Shown: positions 59,701-64,000 of the stretch, piece after piece
Position numbering within the stretch: the first letter of the stretch is position 1
Layout: each line of letters opens with the position of its first letter
Assembly (NCBI GenBank): GCA_051942205.1
Contig: JAVECO010000019.1
Coordinates: 124,001 to 188,000 of the forward strand
Direction: 5' to 3'
Source of the DNA: Coniocarpon cinnabarinum
Lineage: Eukaryota
Length of the DNA: 64,000 bases
Program-made: the position numbers and the translations under genes
The notes under the pieces: generated by a model
What the model saw: the letters and a program-made list of their open reading frames with translations, nothing else
Databases searched by the model: none
What the model was told of the DNA's origin: nothing

Positions 59701-61026
59701 CTCCGGGATGACTTTGTGTTCCATTGCCATAGAGACCTTCATGATGCTCGAAATGGCGCTGGCGGCCTCAGAGTGCCCAAGATTGGTCTTGACGGAGCCA
59801 ATGAGAGTCGGATTTGGTCGCTCTGACTTTCCCATCACACGCGACAGCGCGTCGACCTCGATTGGATCACCCACTGCGGTGCCAGTCCCGTGGCATTCGC
59901 AATACTGCGTATCTCTTGGATTGAGGCCGCTGCGCGCGTACGCTTTTCGAATGACGGCCTCCTGACCATCTGCACTGGGAAGTGTAATACCATTTGTCTT
60001 GCCATTGCTATTGACAGCAGTGCCGCGAACAATAGATCGGATGGGGTCACCATCTTTGAGAGCTTGGTCAAGACGTTTCACAAGGAGGACACCTACACCG
60101 TCGGCGCGGCCATATCCGTCGGCACTGGTGTCAAAGGTATGACACGTGCTGGTCTTGGACAGCACACCAGCTTTCAGCGTGCCAAGGTGTTGCTCAGGAG
60201 ACTGAATCAAGTTCGCACCAGCGACGACCGCGGTGTCACACTCACCAGCGTCGATGGCGGTACAAGCCACATGTAAACAATAAAGAGATGAAGAACAGGC
60301 TGTGTCAAGGACAAACGATGGGCCGGTCATGTTGAAAGCGTGCGAGATTCGATTAGCTAAGATTGTGGTGCCCATGCCTGTGGCAGAGTATCGGTGAAGA
60401 TACTCGCTGTCCTTGGCTTGCATCGTCTGAAAATCGGTGCTTGTGTACAAATTAGCACAGAACCTTAACCCCAGGGAAATAGCTAACTTACGTAAAGTTC
60501 CCGACGTAACAACCGATGTTAGCTCCAGAAACCTTGCTCAGTGGAAGGCCAGCAGACTCGAAGCATTCGTACGTGACCTCCAGCAGCTTCCTCTGCTGGG
60601 GGTCCATATACGTTGCTTCAAGGTTATTAATACCGAAGAAGTTATTTTGAAACTCTCGGATGTCCTCGTTAACAAGGTACGCCTCTAAGAAAGGATGATA
60701 AGCTTATGATTTCCTGCAGAACGATTGGAACGCATTGAGAACTTACCTTCCGTGCTCATACTCCCAGGCCTATCGCCGTCTGGGTGGTAGAAACCGTCGA
60801 CGTTGAAGCGGCTTTGATCGATTGGTCGGCGCCCATGACGACCTTCGAGGAGGAGATTCCAAAGCTTGCTGGGAGATGAAGAGTCGCCGGGGAGGCGGCA
60901 ACCCATGCCAATGATGGCAATCGGCTCAGATTGCATGAAGGGCCCATGCTGCTCTCCACTATCGAATGAAGACTGTTGTGGGGAATAAGAAGGCGAGCTA
61001 TCTGGGGTAATCGCGTGTGGCGCCAT
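53735..61026 (-). CDS. Highly reducing iterative type I PKS, KS-AT-DH-(pseudo-cMT)-ER-KR-ACP, about 2356 aa; introns 60685-60746, 60440-60491, 54958-55011, 54596-54648
   Basis: KS DTACSSS, HGTGT, KTNLGHSE; AT GHSSGE and AYHSHHM; DH PGHKLSKTTVVPG and HPATIDALLQ; ER IHSAAGGLG; KR GCLGGLG and SNYCAGN; ACP GMDSMLAAEFR. Confidence 0.95.
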
Positions 61027-62046
61027 GATAGTGTGGAATGAGTGAAAGGGAGGACGGGAGGAACAGTTGCAACGAGGGACAAAGAAGTAGAGCTCTACCG
61101 TCCACAGACGACGCTGCCAGATTTGTGGACTTGAGGATGCTTGAGAGGCCTGCGCGAGATAGCTGCTTCAGAATCTCAGCAATTGGGCTTTGGTACTCAC
61201 TCGTGATATATCAATTTCGCGCTGAGCTGTTGCCTCCAATGTAACGCTCCCAAAGCGTCGAGCGGAGGATACGGCTGGCTGAGATAGTGCGACCAACTTC
61301 AAACCACCACAAGGTCGTGTCATGAACCACCGCTGAGATAGTCCCTGCAGTGAGCACGACCCTGAAAGCGGCTCGGTCCGTCAAACGTGGCTGACAGTTT
61401 GATAGACTGCTGGACGGCTCGGTGCTTTAGTTTCGGACTAAACATTAAACGAATTTTGACCTGGGCCTGTCGCGGTCATTAGTGGACAATGACCGACAAA
61501 ACTCTTCAGAAACGCCGCGGAACTTAGATATGATATACATCGTGATGGTTGTGTGATCTGAGGGATTATTACCCTGAAGTATGCTGAGGGTTTCGCACAG
61601 CAGAAGGCACCGCCAGAGGTCGAAGCGCAAATCAAAGGGCACGTGGAGAGGTGCTACTTTGGGCCGATGATTGAGGTGAGAACACGAGGTCTTGGAATAT
61701 TTTGAAGGACCAATCTGCCGAGCTTCCACCGTGTTACAGATCTGCATGAATAACAATCCCCAAAGGTTAGCGGTATAACCAGTGGACCGCCGCATTCGGT
61801 CCGTGTTTTCAATTTCACCCAAGACGCAGGCACCTCCGAGACCGAAACAAGTTGGCACGTCCGTAGCCTCGGCAGCAGCGGCAAACAGTACAATATACAC
61901 ACCGAGCGAATGCCAAATTCGGCGTTTTGGGACAACCGAGCCGTGTCTTCTGTTCAATTTTGCCGAAGCATCTAAACATAAGGAAGCAAGTCTAACCACG
62001 CCGATCTGCCAAAATCTCAGTCATACTCAGCTTACCAATACTCACA
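61027..62046. promoter_or_regulatory. Bidirectional PKS/cupin promoter with repeated motifs
   Basis: CGGCTCGGT at 61369 and 61415 and inverted at 61935. GCTGAGATAGT at 61278 and 61332. Confidence 0.55.
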
Positions 62047-62698
62047 ATGTCAGAGGAGAAACCCGGCCCGCCACCCGGCTACGGCCCTATTACGTCGTTC
62101 CCAGCAGAGGGCTTGAAAAACTCATTTCGCCACATCGTTGGGCATAACAAAGAGGGCAAAGCATACTTCAAGCAATCGGACCACGGCGACCACCACAGTG
62201 ACATGGTGAATGGCGGCGCTTTTCAAAACATCATTTACAGCTTCCAGTCACCTCTAGGGAAGGTTGATCTGAACGAAGACAAGGATGTCAAATATGCCAC
62301 GGAAAACTGTGTATGTGATCGCACTCCATCAAAATCTGTTCTCGGTGCTGATGAATGAGGGGCACTAGCCTCCACTCTTTGTTCCCCAGGGCTGTGTTGT
62401 GAGGATGATCGATTTCTCCCCAGGCGCCGAGTCAAATATGCATCGAGCAGTGGCACTTGGGTTCGGGACTGTTTGCGAGGGCGTCGTTGAGCTGAGCCTT
62501 GACAGCGGCGAGAAAAGAGTCATGAGACCCGGCGACGTTTCCATCAACAGGGCAGGTAATCACAAGTGGCGCAACACATCGACGACAGAACCAGCACGTA
62601 TGCTGTACTTCATGTTCGATGTCGAGCCAGTTATGGTGAATGGCAAACAGTTGGAATTCGAAATGGGTTATCTCGCCGACGAGTATCCACAGAACTGA
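62047..62698 (+). CDS. Cupin-domain protein (cupin_2-like, VirC/FogC-type); intron 62311-62368
   Basis: RHIVGHNKEGKA, VVRMIDFSPGAESNMHR, CEGVVELSLDSGEKRVMRPGDVSINRAGNHKWRN. Confidence 0.88.
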
Positions 62699-63281
62699 GA
62701 TCAACAGACGACGGTGTGAGCAGCCTTCGGATGATTGGCATTTGTTTCATGGGTTCCTGCACGGAAGATTGTGGAGTTAGTATATGAGCATTGGGCAAAG
62801 AAGAGTAGTTCGGTGGTTTTCGTTCTTAGCCTCCACAAGGTCCGGGTCTTGATGCCACCATCGGTCTGCGAGTGCGGCAAAAGCCCGGCGTATAGCTACA
62901 TACAATCATGCAAGCTCAAGCACAGGCGAATACAATTACCGATGCGATACACCAACGGAAGAGCGATGCGAGTCTGCTGCTACCCGGTACCGAGTACTTG
63001 CCAGGATGCTGGCCCTGGTCCTCGTAGTTCATAGTGAATGCATGAGCTCGATCAATCGGCGCAGCAGAAATTGGAGTCCAGAACACACGGCAATGCGACA
63101 CCCTATGTAGAAATGGCTGTCTTGTCAATAATGAAAGGTGAAAAAGGGCAAGGTAGCTGAGCTGTGGATGAGAAATTACATGGAGACGGTAGACCATATT
63201 AACATTCCAAATATGGAAATGCGGTCGATGTCCGAAAAGCCACGTGATCATGCTTCTGATCGACGCCAGCAAACTTTCCTG

Positions 63282-64000
63282 TCAATGCCCACCAGTGGCT
63301 GTGATGCCGCCATCCACTGCGAGCGAAGTGCCTGTCAGGTAACTTGACGATGGTCCAGAGAGGAAGACTACGAGCTCGGCCACCTCATCCACTGTAGCCA
63401 TCCTCCCGAGCGGCACGACTCTTTCGATCATCCCCTGCAAGCCTGGATCTCCAGCCATCGCTCTTGATATCATGGGCGTGTCGACCCAAGAAGGGCACAC
63501 AGTATTCACTCGAATGCCGTGTTTGGCGTTATCAGCCGCTGTGTCCTAAGTTAGCCGAGTTCAGACGCGCCGATACATTGACACACGCCCTTACCCGCAG
63601 TCTTAGTCACACCCAAAACCGCGTGCTTTGCGCTAACATATTGAACGAGAGATTCAGCAGCAACGAACGAGAAGGCCGAGCCTAGGTTGATGATAGAGCC
63701 TCGGCCAACGTCTCGACTCGCAAATCCCAATGTGGATGCGACTGTCGATCTCTTCTGCAATCTCATCGCGCGAGAGACATGTTTCGTGCACAGGAAAGTA
63801 CCCTTCACGTTCACGTCAAAGAAGCGTGTGAACTCAGACACTGATGCTTGATCAATTGCGCCTGGCTTCTCAACACCAACCTGTCTTTGTCAATTAATGC
63901 TCTTTACTATGCAGCAAGGTCTCTCAAGAAGCTTACACCGGCGCAGTGCACACTGGCATCGATACGACCAAAGCGCCTCATAGTCTCATCGACCATGCCC
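63282..64000 (-). CDS. Short-chain dehydrogenase/reductase (5' end outside the window); introns 63881-63936 and 63539-63594
   Basis: FGRIDASVHCAG, FDVNVKGTFL, GSIINLGS, catalytic YVSAK, GIRVNTVCPSWVDTPM, PLGRMA, SYLTGTSLAVDGG. Confidence 0.9.

Noticed and set aside
53806..60276. Numerous antisense and alternative-frame ORFs within the PKS
   Set aside because: Shadow ORFs of a long coding sequence.

Overview
Filamentous-ascomycete (Pezizomycotina-type) nuclear DNA with short GT-AG introns and CTRAY branch sites. It falls into three zones. (1) 1-4 kb: decayed, stop-riddled coding relics. (2) About 4.5-35.2 kb: a housekeeping block with Fpg glycosylase, a bZIP transcription factor behind a ~6 kb upstream region, TBCE, RWD/GIR2, SF3A2/PRP11, SEM1, PPN1, KIN1, PGK1, an Mpv17/PMP22 protein and a GPATCH1-like protein. 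It is interrupted at 22.2-23.8 kb by a RIP-degraded MITE-like element and a strand-biased minisatellite field. (3) About 35.9-64 kb: an accessory-looking island. It holds a HET-domain gene, a decayed ~51-codon Cys-rich repeat gene, an orphan ORF, a PNP_UDP-NACHT-ankyrin NLR-like gene (apparent degenerate ZZ finger inside the NACHT, and a Walker A that needs a rare GAG splice acceptor), a secreted S41 peptidase, and the start of a biosynthetic cluster. The cluster genes seen (HR-PKS, cupin, SDR) match the core layout of salicylaldehyde-type pathways and continue beyond the window. All gene models were spliced by eye and no database search was run.
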